Shown here piece by piece: positions 19,339 to 29,632 of a stretch of DNA of 64,000 bases. How positions within the stretch are numbered: position 1 is the stretch's first letter; every line of letters begins with the position of its first letter. A program made the translations under genes and the position numbers. The stretch lies in the NCBI GenBank assembly GCA_963771175.1, contig CAVYSY010000056.1:1-64000 (forward strand), read 5' to 3'. The notes beneath the pieces are model-generated. The model made no database searches and was not told the origin of the DNA. It saw nothing but the letters and a program-made list of their open reading frames with translations. This DNA comes from an uncultured delta proteobacterium (lineage in GTDB: Bacteria; Myxococcota; Myxococcia; Myxococcales; Myxococcaceae).

Positions 19339-20223
19339 ATGGTGTACGGAGACGAGAAGGCGCGGGAGATGGCCCGCTCGCTGCTGCCCTCGAAGAATCG
19401 GGAGGCGGCACGCCAGAGCCGGGCTCGCACCCACCGCGCCGAGCGCCGCCGGTCGCGCATGAAGACGGCACGGCTCGCGTGGGACCCGGAGTCCTTCGAG
19501 GACTTCGTTGCGCTCGATAGGAACTCGAGTGAGGAGCTCCGCCACATGGTGTGGCGGCGGCGCGGTGGGGACAAGGTCGCCCCGTTCATCCGCTGGGCCA
19601 CCGCCATCGCGCGTCCGCTGCCTCAAGAGACCCGCATGAGCCACATTCGCGCCCTCGTGCCCCGGGGCCTCATCGGCGACCATGCGCTGCAGCACCTCGC
19701 GCACCAGGAGTGCTTCGAGCACCCCAACGAGACCGTGCTGCGAGAAGCCCGGCGGCGTGCCTGGGCCCGGAACCGTCGCTCCGCGTGGCTGAACCGGGGA
19801 GAGCAGGCCGAGCTGCTGCGCGCCCTCCTCCAGGCACCCGATGGGCACCGCACCTTCAACCGCTGGCTCCAGGTGAGTCACGTCCCCCAATACCGGATGG
19901 AGACGCGCCGCCGCCCCTGCTCGTGCGAGCCCGGCTGCACCCTCCTGGAAGCGGTGAACGTCCCCGTGGGCACCACCCGCCCCCGGCTGCTCCTCGGAGT
20001 GCATGACGTGCTGCCGTTCCTCTCCGCTCTATGGGACTCACCCGAGAAGAACGGGTGGAGGAAGAGTCCCCACGCCGACCAGCTCGGGCCCGTGAACGCG
20101 TTCCTCCGGGCCTTCAAGAAGTGCCACGGGGACGTGGTGGCCACGGCGAAGGAGCTGGGGCTCGAATCGCGGGCCTACTGGAAGTCGGTGCCTCCCACCC
20201 TGCGTGTCCCCAGCGACGGATAG
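19339..20223 (+). CDS. basic hypothetical protein
   Basis: GGAGG RBS, start MVYGDEKAREMARSLLPS; Arg-rich, 294 aa. Confidence 0.75.
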   Translation: MVYGDEKAREMARSLLPSKNREAARQSRARTHRAERRRSRMKTARLAWDPESFEDFVALDRNSSEELRHMVWRRRGGDKVAPFIRWATAIARPLPQETRMSHIRALVPRGLIGDHALQHLAHQECFEHPNETVLREARRRAWARNRRSAWLNRGEQAELLRALLQAPDGHRTFNRWLQVSHVPQYRMETRRRPCSCEPGCTLLEAVNVPVGTTRPRLLLGVHDVLPFLSALWDSPEKNGWRKSPHADQLGPVNAFLRAFKKCHGDVVATAKELGLESRAYWKSVPPTLRVPSDG

Positions 20224-20243
20224 GAACACGGGGACGGCGGTTG

Positions 20244-21422
20244 CTACGCGGGCTCGTCCGCCGGTTGGGACTCGGCGGGCTCGCCCTCGGGCTGAAGCAG
20301 GGCCGGTGCGTGGCTCGTCACCGCGCCCGCACGCACGCCCAGCCAGAGCGTGTCCTCCGCCGCGGCCGCTCGCACCAGCGAGGCGTCCGTCGTCGTGAGG
20401 AACACCTGCGCGCCGCTCTCCGCCAGGTAGTTCATCAGGTACGCGTTGCGCTCCGGGTCCAGCTCGCTCGACACGTCGTCCAGCAGCAGCAGCGGCAGGA
20501 AGCCCATCGCCGCCTCGAGGTTCTCGATTTCGGCGATCTTCCACCCCAGCACCAGCGCCCGCTGCTGTCCCTGGCTCGCGTAGGCCCGCGCGCTCCGGCC
20601 GCCCAGCGTCACCGTCACGTCGTCCACGTGCGGACCCACCGAGGTGAAGCGCCGCTCGGTGTCCCGGCGGTAGCGCGCCGCCAGCGCCTCGCGCAGCGAC
20701 ACCGCCAGCGCCGCCTCGTCCGCCACCGCGAAGTCCACGTCACCCAGGTGGGCCGGGTGGTAGCCGTAGGCCGCCGGCTCCGGCGTGCGCCCGATGGACG
20801 CGAACGTCGCCTGGGCCCTCGGCGCCAGCTCCGCCATCAGCGCCCGCCGCCGCACGTACACCCGAGCCCCCGCCTTCGCGAGCGTCTCGTCGTAGGCCTC
20901 CAGGTACGCCGGCTCCACCGGGCCCTCGCGCAGCAGCCGGTTGCGGTTCTTCAGCGCCCGCCCGTACTCGCGGCTCTCGCGCAGGAACGCCGGGAAGCGG
21001 TTGAACACCGCCCGGTCCAGGAAGCCCCGTCGCGCGTCCGGCCCGCCCTTCACCACCTCCAGGTCGTCCGGGGTGAAGGCCACCACCGACACGCCCCCGA
21101 AGTAGTCCTCCAGGCTCGCCGCCTTCTTGCCGTCCACGAAGGCCTGCCGCACGCCTCCGCTCACCTCGACGGAAATCTCCCGCTCCGCCCCCTTGAGCAG
21201 GAAGCGGCCCGTCACCCGCGCGCCCGACGCCCCCCACCGCACGAGCTCCGACAGGCGGCTCGCCCGCAGCGGCTTGAGCGTCGACAGGAAGTAGAGCGCC
21301 TCCAGCAGGTTCGTCTTCCCCTGGCCGTTCTGCCCCACCGCGATGGTCGCGTGCGGGCTCGGCGCCAGGGAGACCTGGCCGAGGTTGCGGAAATCCTGGA
21401 CGTGGAGTGCCAGCAGGCGCAC
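20244..21422 (-). CDS. recF: DNA replication/repair protein RecF
   Basis: FRNL, GQNGQGKTNLLEA, GPHVDD, SQGQQR, LLLDDVSSELD. Confidence 0.96.
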   Translation of the reverse strand: MRLLALHVQDFRNLGQVSLAPSPHATIAVGQNGQGKTNLLEALYFLSTLKPLRASRLSELVRWGASGARVTGRFLLKGAEREISVEVSGGVRQAFVDGKKAASLEDYFGGVSVVAFTPDDLEVVKGGPDARRGFLDRAVFNRFPAFLRESREYGRALKNRNRLLREGPVEPAYLEAYDETLAKAGARVYVRRRALMAELAPRAQATFASIGRTPEPAAYGYHPAHLGDVDFAVADEAALAVSLREALAARYRRDTERRFTSVGPHVDDVTVTLGGRSARAYASQGQQRALVLGWKIAEIENLEAAMGFLPLLLLDDVSSELDPERNAYLMNYLAESGAQVFLTTTDASLVRAAAAEDTLWLGVRAGAVTSHAPALLQPEGEPAESQPADEPA

Positions 21423-21468
21423 GGGAAACGTTCTCCCACCCACGCATGCGAGCGTCCAGGTTAAAGAC

Positions 21469-22686
21469 CTACCCGGACCTCCTCCCCGTGCGAGGCAGCT
21501 CGGCTGCCTCCCGAGCCCGCTGCACCAGTCCGGGCAGCTCCTCCACGTCCTCGCCCTGGCGCCCACCCGGCAACCGGGAGAGCTGCTCCTGCGTGGGGCT
21601 GAAGAAGCGAGCCGGCGTCTGGCCCTGGCCCCGCAACCGGATGAAGAGGCGCAGCGACTCGCGCAACCGCTCCACGTCCGGGCCCGTCTCGGACCTCGCC
21701 CGCTGCGCCGCCGTCCATAGCCGCACCCACGCGGCCTCCTCGTTCCACGGCCCCGCCGGACGCGCGTGCGATAGGGCCGCCAGCTCCGACGCCAGCTCCA
21801 GCAGGCCCGCACGTCCCTCGCTCAGCACCTCCGAGGCCGCCAGCCGGGCCTCCACCGAGGCCTCCCGCGCCACCAGCCACCCCAGCAGCTCCGGCCACTC
21901 GTCCTCGCGGGGCACCACCGGCGACAGACGGGACTCCCACAGCGCCTTGAGCCGCGAGCGCGCCAGGTCCCGCCAGAAGGCCGCGTGCATCAGCAGCTCC
22001 GGACCACTGCGCGGTGGGTTCACCGGCGCGCGCGTCGCCCGCTTCTCCAGGAAGGCCCTCACCCGGCCCGTGGCGTCGAAACGGTCCAGCCGGCCCCAGA
22101 GCGCCTCCAGCGCCTTCTCGGCCAGGGGCAGCGCCCGACGGACCTCGTCCGCCTCCGCCGCGTCGAAGGGCAGCGCGCCCGGAGTGACGGGCCGCTTGAA
22201 GACTCGCTCGAGGATCTCCGCCGCGGCGCAGGCGGCCCGCAGCTCCGGGAGGTTGCGCGGCAGGATTTCCACCGCCTGGGCCCACAGCCGGCGCCCCAGC
22301 AGCGGCCCCGCGTCCAGGACCTCCTCCTCCAACAGCAGCAGGGCCTCCCCGAGGAACGGAGGCTTCTTCTTCGCGATGAGCCGTCGGTCCACCACCTCCG
22401 CCAGCGCCTCGCGCAGCCGCTCCACCTCGGACAGGAGCACCATGGGCGCCGAGTCGCTCGGCCAGCCCTCCGCCTCCGCGCGCCGGAGCACCGCCGCCAG
22501 GGTGGCATCCACCTCCGGCTGGGCCCGCGCCACCTCGCGCAGCAACTCGAGGTTGGCCCGCACCCGGTCCTTCCAGAAGAAGGCGCGCAGCAGCCGCTCC
22601 AGCGCGTGGTAGCGCAGGCGTGTGGCTTCGAGCAGATCCGCGCGGTCTTCGAGCCGCGCTCGCAGGAGGTCGGAAGGGGGGGCCAC
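21469..22686 (-). CDS. hypothetical helical protein upstream of recF
   Basis: 405-aa ORF with host-like codon use, co-oriented with recF. Confidence 0.75.
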   Translation of the reverse strand: MAPPSDLLRARLEDRADLLEATRLRYHALERLLRAFFWKDRVRANLELLREVARAQPEVDATLAAVLRRAEAEGWPSDSAPMVLLSEVERLREALAEVVDRRLIAKKKPPFLGEALLLLEEEVLDAGPLLGRRLWAQAVEILPRNLPELRAACAAAEILERVFKRPVTPGALPFDAAEADEVRRALPLAEKALEALWGRLDRFDATGRVRAFLEKRATRAPVNPPRSGPELLMHAAFWRDLARSRLKALWESRLSPVVPREDEWPELLGWLVAREASVEARLAASEVLSEGRAGLLELASELAALSHARPAGPWNEEAAWVRLWTAAQRARSETGPDVERLRESLRLFIRLRGQGQTPARFFSPTQEQLSRLPGGRQGEDVEELPGLVQRAREAAELPRTGRRSG

Positions 22687-22935
22687 GATGGGCCCACTAT
22701 AAGGAGCCCCGAGCGGGGCGGCAGGCCCCCGGTGGCCATGCCCGAGGGGACGACTCTCTGGGCGATGCGGGCAGGGTCAGAACGATCAGATGCTGGACGT
22801 GAGAGAGTCCATGCCCTAGGACATGGTCCGTTGACGGGCAGACGGACGTCCAATCTTGAAGATTCGACATTGAGGGCAAGTGTCATCTACAGTGTCCCCC
22901 TTGCGCGCCTTGAGGCGAGGACAGGAAAGTAGCCG

Positions 22936-24024
22936 ATGCAGCTTACCCATCTCCACATCCAGAACTTCAAGGGCATCACCGAACTCGACATCTCCCTCTT
23001 GGAGGAGGACACAGATACGACCTCGCCCGCTGACAATGCTGCCTGGGTGACAACGGCTCGGGCAAAACGACGGTGCTGCAGGCGATTGCACTGCGCTGAG
23101 ACTGGCGACCCGGCAGACACCGGACCCACCCAATTGCTCGGGTGGCCTGGATTCCTGGCCGAGCGCGTATCCAGCCAGGGCCCTACCTGCGTCGAACTGG
23201 ACGTGCGCTTCGACCCGGACGAGTTGGAGACCACGCAGGCGCTCTTCCGCCAATGGCTGGAGGCAGGTAGTCCCCGGAGCGACAACTCCCATCGCCGCTC
23301 CTACCGTCTGTCCCAAGTCGAAGCTCGTTTACTCCGATGGTAGCCTTCAATCACCACACGGCCCCGGTGCACTAAGCCAGTTTCTTGGCCGATTCTTCGT
23401 CAGCACGTTGAGCCAGACCCAGGCTCTCGCACGCTCCTACCTCTCAGAGGTGGGCGGAGCCTACTGGTTCGACCAGAACCGGCAATCTGCGTGACCATCA
23501 GCAGCGGGGACCGGCAGGCGCGGATTGCAAAGCAGGGTGTCGCGGGGCTACGTGATTATCTCGTGGTCTGGTGGGGCTTCCGCACGTCACCTCTTCGAAA
23601 GACAGAGGTTTTCGACTACCTCTCTCAGCTTGAGACGCGGTTCGCGGAGCTCTTCCCGGGAACACGATTCGTAGGCATCGCAGCCTCGTCCCGCCATGGC
23701 CAGGTACCAGAGCGTCGCCGATGCCTATTTCCTGCTTGAGCGGAACGGTCGCATCTACGATCTGGCTGGAGATGTCCTCAGGCAGAGCAGGCAGTGTTCC
23801 CGCTGCTCTTCGAGTTCGTGCTCTTCGGCATCGCGCGCTCGGTCGTGCTCATCGACGAGTTGGAGCTACACCTTCATCCTCCTCAGCAGCAGGTGCTCCT
23901 CACGGCACTGCGGCGCATCGGACCCGACTGCCAGTTCATCGTGACGAGCCACTCGCCGTACCTGGAAACGGTGACTCCCGCCGAGAACGAGGTCCGGCTC
24001 TCCGGGGGCCAGCCGTGCCTGTAG
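22936..24024 (+). CDS. ABC-type (AAA_21/AAA_15-like) ATPase, PARIS AriA-like; multiple frameshifts
   Basis: LHIQNFKGI; Walker A GDNGSGKT at 23046-23069 (another frame); signature MSSG; Walker B VLIDELELHLHP; H-loop IVTSHSP. Confidence 0.8.
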
Positions 24025-24839
24025 CTCTCCTTTTCGTCGAGGGCGACCTGGACGCCGAGGTACTCACCCCTCTTCTCGTTACACCGCCGCTGCGCGTAGC
24101 CGTCATGAAAGGCGGCCCCAAGGGCTCACTCCCCCCCAAAGCGCGAGATCGAACGGAAGAAGAACGTGCAGGCCTGTTACCTGCGCGACCGGGACTTCGA
24201 TTTCGACCCTCCGGCGGACCTGAGCTCACCGACCGTGGATCGCCTCGTCGAGACCCGGGGGAATGTCCTCGGCTGGCGCTGGTGCCGTCATGAGCTGGAG
24301 AGCTATCTGCTCGAACCTCGTCTCGTCGCCCAAGCGACCGGCTGGGATGAAGCAGCCTACTCCGCCGAGTTGATGAAGGCAGCGCAGCACATCCATATGT
24401 ACACCGCCGCGCGCTGGGCAGTCGGTATCGCTCGACGAAGCATGCCTCCCACCGCGGAGCTGCCAACCAGGCCGTACGACCTCCAGAACGAAATCAAGCT
24501 CCCGGCGGATTGCGGTGAGGCGACCTGCTTCGCTTGGGCACGAAACCATGTCGAGGCGTTTCGCCAGAAGGTTGAACCCTCGCTGGCCAGCACGACCATC
24601 ACCGCATCCCTCGCCGAGCGAGCGCGACGACTGGCGGCCCTGACGAGCATCGAAGACGTGCTCGTCTGGCACTCGGGCAAGGATCTGCTGGCGCCCTTGA
24701 GCCCTCAATTGCCCGGAGGCCGGAACACAACCCCGTGGCGTTCCGGCGACGGTTACGTGATTGGGTCCGGACCAATCCAGCAGCCGCAGTGGCGCTCTTT
24801 CCTGAATGGCAGGCCTTGCTCAATCAGCTGGGAGCATGA
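24015..24839 (+). CDS. TOPRIM/DUF4435-like protein, PARIS AriB-like; frameshifts near 24160 and 24725
   Basis: LFVEGDLD, LRDRDFD, HELESYL and GKDLL motifs; start overlaps the ATPase stop. Confidence 0.7.
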
Positions 24840-25432
24840 GCTGACTCAGTGAGTCTCATCACCAAGGGGCCAGGATTTCCCCCGAGCTTCAGCTCAATCG
24901 CCTCGAACGGAGCCACGCGAGCCACATCGTCCTCGCCGTAGACCCCCAGCTCTACCCAGCGGCCCCCCACGAGCTCGCTCGCCGTGAGCGTCTGAGCCTC
25001 CAGGTCGACAAACCACAGGTGGCGAATCCCGATGCGCGCGTAGAACGGACGCTTGATGCGCTGGTCGAAGGCGCGTGTGCTCGGGGAGAGAATCTCGCAA
25101 GCCCAGTCGGGAGCATCCGTGAACCGTTCCGCTGGCAACCTGGGGAACCGCTCCCGGCGCCAGCCCGCGAGATCCGGAACGAACTCCGGCGAGCCACCTG
25201 CCTGGACACCTGGCGCGCGCAATATCCACCACTCACCCGCTGCCCCATGACCACGGCTGAACGCGTCATGGAGATTGGCGAGAAGCCCCATCGCCACATG
25301 CGAGAGCCAGGGCGAATGCCAGGGATGCACGTAGAGCGTCCCGTCGATGATTTCCCCACTCACGTTCTCGGGCAGAGCCTCCAGGTCGGCCATGGTGGCG
25401 GGACGAGACAACGGCTGGGCACCGTAACGCAT
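24824..25432 (-). CDS. Uma2 family (PD-(D/E)XK) endonuclease
   Basis: GEIIDG.L, PDLAGWRRER, APDWACEILSPST..D...K..FYA..GI.HLW.VD. True stop may be near 24859 if there is an indel. Confidence 0.88.
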   Translation of the reverse strand: MRYGAQPLSRPATMADLEALPENVSGEIIDGTLYVHPWHSPWLSHVAMGLLANLHDAFSRGHGAAGEWWILRAPGVQAGGSPEFVPDLAGWRRERFPRLPAERFTDAPDWACEILSPSTRAFDQRIKRPFYARIGIRHLWFVDLEAQTLTASELVGGRWVELGVYGEDDVARVAPFEAIELKLGGNPGPLVMRLTESAHAPS

Positions 25433-25528
25433 GAGGTAACCTTGTGCATACCTACCGCAAACGTCAAGCGAGGAGTCGGCCACACGAGAACCGAGAGAAC
25501 GAGCACGCCCGCCTCCTGAAATGTCAGG

Positions 25529-26476
25529 ATGTACCCGATGCCCCCGCGCAAGCTCCCGCGACACCTCGTCTGGCTCGAGTCCTTCGTGGCCGCTGTCGAG
25601 TCCGGCAGCCTGGAAGGCGCCGCCGAGCACCTCGGCGTGGCCCGCTCGGTCGTCAGCGAGCACATCCGCGCCCTCGAGCAGACCCTCGCCAATGGGCAGC
25701 CCCTCCTCGAGCGCGGCCCCGGCCGCCGCCTCCACCTCACCGCCCGCGGCGAGAAGCTCTACGAGGGCACCCAGACGCCCCTGCACCAGCTCGACCTCAA
25801 GCGCCTGCGCGACCTCGCCAGCGCCGACGCCAGCTTGCGCCTCGGCCTCAACACCACCGTCTCCAACTTCCTCCTCGCGGGCATCGCCGGGGACGTGTCC
25901 CAGGCCGGCGTCAAGCTGGAGGTCCGCTTCGGCGGCGCCTTCGAGCTCGTGCGGCAGGTGCAGACGCGCCAGCTCGACCTCGCCGTGGACTTCACCCCGC
26001 TGCCGCCCCACCGCGACGTCGAGGCCGAGTCCCTCCTGCGCCTGCCCTTCGTGGTGCTCGCCGGCCCCGGGAGCGACCTGGCCCTCCGCCACGCCGCGCG
26101 CCGCGCCCTTCACGTTCGAGACCTCGAGGGTCAACCTTTCGTGGACTGGCTGCGCGATGACCCCTACGGCGGCGCCAACAGCGCCCGCTTCGCCACCTAC
26201 GGCGTCACGGTGCGCGAGGTGGCTCGCGTGGAGAGCTTCCTCCACCTCTTCGACGTGCTGCGCGCCTACCCCGCCTGCGCCATCGCTCCCGACCTGCGAC
26301 CCCTGCGCCCCTTCCCCGAGGACCTCACCCTCTGGCCCCTGCGTGAGGAGGCTCCCCAGTTCGTCGAGGTGGTGGCCATGAGGCCCGCGGGCGGCCCCGG
26401 CTCTGACGCGGCGCGGCTCGTCCTCGACGGACTGCGTCAAAGACTCGCATCGAACCGGCGACGAAAAAACGAATAA
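25529..26476 (+). CDS. LysR family transcriptional regulator
   Basis: FVAAVESGSL..AAEHLGVARSVVSEHIRALE HTH; LT..GE.L; substrate-binding domain. Confidence 0.92.
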   Translation: MYPMPPRKLPRHLVWLESFVAAVESGSLEGAAEHLGVARSVVSEHIRALEQTLANGQPLLERGPGRRLHLTARGEKLYEGTQTPLHQLDLKRLRDLASADASLRLGLNTTVSNFLLAGIAGDVSQAGVKLEVRFGGAFELVRQVQTRQLDLAVDFTPLPPHRDVEAESLLRLPFVVLAGPGSDLALRHAARRALHVRDLEGQPFVDWLRDDPYGGANSARFATYGVTVREVARVESFLHLFDVLRAYPACAIAPDLRPLRPFPEDLTLWPLREEAPQFVEVVAMRPAGGPGSDAARLVLDGLRQRLASNRRRKNE

Positions 26477-26546
26477 GACGTCGGTTTTTATCGGATTTCC
26501 GTCGCGCCCCTTCATCCTTACAATTTCAGGAAAGGGAGACGCACCG

Positions 26547-28120
26547 ATGACGCCGACCGAACGGACCATCGCCCGCCTGCCCGCGCATCTGCGGCGCTAC
26601 GTGGTGAGCCAGGACTACGACGCCTACACCCCGAGAGATCAGGCGGTGTGGCGTCACATCCTCTGCCAGCTCCGCAGCCACCTGCGCGACAAGGCCCACC
26701 CGGTCTACCTCGAGGGCCTGGAGGCCACGGGCATCGGGGAGGAGCGCATCCCCAGCCTGGATGAGATGAACGAGAGGCTGTCCAGCTCGGCTGGGCGGCG
26801 GTGGGCGTGCGCGGCTTCATCCCGCCCGCGGTGTTCACCGAGCTGCAGGCGCTGGGCGTGCTGGCCATCGCCGCGGACATCCGCACCCACGAGCACATCG
26901 AGTACACGCCGGCGCCGGACATCGTCCACGAGAGCGCCGGCCACGCGCCCATCATCGCCAACGCGCGCTACGCCGAGTACCTGAAGCGCTGCGGGGAGGT
27001 GGGCTTCAAGGCCATCGCCACGGTGGAGGACGAGGCCGTGTTCGAGGCCATCCGCAACCTGAGCGTGGTGAAGGAGGACCCCACCGCGACGGAGGAGGAG
27101 GTGGCGCACGCGCAGGCGCGCCTCGAGGCCGCCGACCAGAGCCGCCGCTACGTCAGCGAGAGCACCCGCGCCTCGCGGCTCTACTGGTGGACGGCGGAGT
27201 ACGGCCTCGTCGGCGAGCCTGGAGCACCCGCGCCTCTACGGCGCCGGCCTGCTCTCCAGCATCGGCGAGGCGAAGCACTGCCTCACCCCCGAGGTGAAGA
27301 AGCTGCCGCTGAGCGTCCAGTGCGCGGACACCGAGTACGACATCACCCGCATGCAGCCGCAGCTCTTCGTGGCGCGCGACTTCGAGCACCTCTTCGAGGT
27401 GCTGGCCGAGTTCGAGGCCACGCTCGCCTGGAAGCGCGGCGGCGACTACGGCCTGAAGGAGGCCATCAGCGCGCGCACGGTGAACCACCTGGTGCTGGCC
27501 GACGGCCGCGAGATTACGGCGCGCGTGGTGGAGGCCCTTCCCGGGGCTCGCCCGGTGGCCGAGGGACTCGCGCACCGCGCTGGTGCGGCTGGAGGGCCCG
27601 GTGATGGTGTCGCGCGGGGGCAAGGCCGGAGCAAGCCGTGTCCGGGGCTCGGCGCTGGTGGCCTTCGGCAACGGGGAGCTGCCGGAGCGGGGCGCCTTCG
27701 AGCTGGAGCTCGCCAGCGGCCTGAAGCTGCAGGGCTTCGCGGTGGGCGGCGGCGAGGTGCTCAACCTGCGCGGCGAGCTGAACGGCCGCACGGTGGAGCT
27801 GCCGAGCGTGGCGCAGCTCTTCCTGAGCGCGGGGCTGCCCGAGCGTGGCCGGCGGCCCGGCGGACCCGGGCGCATGGGACCACTGGTTCGGCGAGCTCAA
27901 CGCCTTCACCGAGGGCGACGGCGAGGCCCAGGCCCGCGCGAAGAAGGCCACGGCCCTGCACCCGTCGCTCGCGGCGCTCTACCGCGAGGTGCGCACCATG
28001 CGCGAGGCGAAGGCCGTGAAGCCCGAGCGCCTGGAGCAGATCGCCCGCGCCGCCACGGACTTCAAGGACGACTGGCTCCTCAAGACCGAGGTCGCCGAGC
28101 TGAAGCAGGCGCGCGCGTAG
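26547..28120 (+). CDS. phhA: aromatic amino acid hydroxylase (long-type phenylalanine 4-monooxygenase), several frameshifts
   Basis: YTP.PDIVHESAGHAP (Fe His ligands), LYWWTAEYG (Glu ligand), YDITRMQPQLFV; C-terminal DWLL. Confidence 0.88.
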
Positions 28121-28151
28121 GCACGTTCAGCCGCCTCTTCGGGGGCGGTTC

Positions 28152-28186
28152 GGGCCTGAATCCCCCTGGGGGTTCAGGCCCTTTTT
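28152..28186 (+). terminator. intrinsic terminator after phhA
   Basis: GGGCCTGAATCCCC/GGGGTTCAGGCCC stem followed by TTTTT. Confidence 0.8.
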
Positions 28187-28282
28187 CTATTCACGCTTCA
28201 TCGCCCCCCATCGGAACAACCCTTGAGTTACGGGCGGTTACGTCTACAGTCCTCCCTGGCTTTCTATTCAGGTTTCTATTCA
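28184..28282 (+). promoter_or_regulatory. three direct repeats TTTCTATTCA upstream of yjjJ
   Basis: Exact copies at 28184-28193, 28261-28270 and 28273-28282. Confidence 0.6.
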
Positions 28283-29592
28283 TGGCCCCGCTCGAACAGA
28301 TGCTTGGAACGCTCGCTCGTCTGGGCGTCGCACAAGCAAAGGATCTCGCGCGTGAGCTGGCCGTGTCCCAGCCCACGGTGTCTCGGCTGATCGAGGCCGC
28401 GGGCGACCGCGTGTGCCGGATGGGACAGGGGCGCGCCACCCGCTATGCGCGCACGCGTGCCCTCCCAGGCCTGGGGACGAGGCTCCCTGTCTACCGGATC
28501 AGCGAGACGGGGAAGGCCAGACCCCTCGGTGCGCTGCACCTTCTGGACGAAGGCCGCCATTGGGTCGGCGCTCTCGATGGCACCGGGAAGCTCTTCGAGG
28601 GTCTCCCGCCGTTCGCCTCCGACATGAGCCCTCAGGGGTACGTCGGCCGGACGTTCAGCGCGCGCTGCCCCGAGTTGGAGCTGCCCTCGCGACTGGGAGA
28701 TTGGAACGACGATCATCGCCTCATCGCACTGGCGCGCCGTGGCGAGGATTGCGTCGGCGACCTCATCCTTGGTGAAGAGTCCCTGAACCGATGGCTCGCG
28801 AGCACACTCGCACCGGTCGAGCGCACCGCCTACCCGGAGCTCGCCCGCCGCTCCGCCCGGGAGCAGCCGGGCTCCTCCGCCGGAGGAGAACATCCCAAGT
28901 TCCTGACGTACTCGGGAGGCCGGCACGTGCTGGTCAAGTTCGCGAGCGACGATGAGGGCGCGGTGGCACGTCGGTGGAGGGAATTGCTCGTGTGTGAAAG
29001 CCTCGCGCTCCAGGTGGTCCGCGAAGCCGGCATCGACGCGGCCACGGCCCACTGGTTCGACGAGCGCGGCTACCGGTTCCTGGAGGTCGAGCGCTTCGAC
29101 CGGCTCGGAGAGAGAGGCAGGCGGGGAGTGCTCTCGCTCGAGGCCCTGGACAACGAATACATCGGCGACACCGGCCGTGGCGCATCCTGGACGCGTATCG
29201 CCCCGAAGCTCCTGGAGCGGAAGCTCATCAACTCCGAGAACGCACGGCGCATGCGGTGGCTCGATGTCTTCGGACAGCTCATCGGCAACACGGATCGCCA
29301 CTTCGGCAACGTGAGCTTCCTGGAGACGCGGGAAGGCGAGCTTCGTCTCGCGCCCGTCTACGACATGCTCCCGATGATGTTCGCGCCGTCGACCATGACC
29401 GTCGTCGATCGCCCGTTCGAGCCGGTGCCTCCGACCGCGGAGACCCTCGATGTCTGGGCGGACGCGGCGCTCCACGCGCACAGCTTCTGGACCCGCGTCA
29501 TCGACTGCACGGCGCTCGGCGACGACTTCCGGGCACTGGCGAGACAGTGCCGGAGTGGGTTGGACGCGCTCCGAGAGCGGGTACCCCTCTGA
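28282..29592 (+). CDS. yjjJ: HipA-family kinase toxin YjjJ-like with N-terminal HTH
   Basis: LAVSQPTVSR HTH, GSSAGGEHPKF, VERFDR, LIGNTDRHFGN and LAPVYDMLPM. Confidence 0.9.
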   Translation: MAPLEQMLGTLARLGVAQAKDLARELAVSQPTVSRLIEAAGDRVCRMGQGRATRYARTRALPGLGTRLPVYRISETGKARPLGALHLLDEGRHWVGALDGTGKLFEGLPPFASDMSPQGYVGRTFSARCPELELPSRLGDWNDDHRLIALARRGEDCVGDLILGEESLNRWLASTLAPVERTAYPELARRSAREQPGSSAGGEHPKFLTYSGGRHVLVKFASDDEGAVARRWRELLVCESLALQVVREAGIDAATAHWFDERGYRFLEVERFDRLGERGRRGVLSLEALDNEYIGDTGRGASWTRIAPKLLERKLINSENARRMRWLDVFGQLIGNTDRHFGNVSFLETREGELRLAPVYDMLPMMFAPSTMTVVDRPFEPVPPTAETLDVWADAALHAHSFWTRVIDCTALGDDFRALARQCRSGLDALRERVPL

Positions 29593-29632
29593 GCGAGGCC
29601 CAGACCCGAGTTGCTTTCCGTACCACTGCGTC

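Noticed and set aside
22690..22935. Retron-like ncRNA upstream of the ATPase/TOPRIM pair
   Set aside because: Only a weak hairpin (about 22819-22851) is visible and there is no reverse transcriptase in the window.
22936..29592. Prophage or integrative element carrying the defence genes
   Set aside because: No integrase, transposase, phage genes or flanking direct repeats found, and housekeeping-type lysR-phhA is interleaved.
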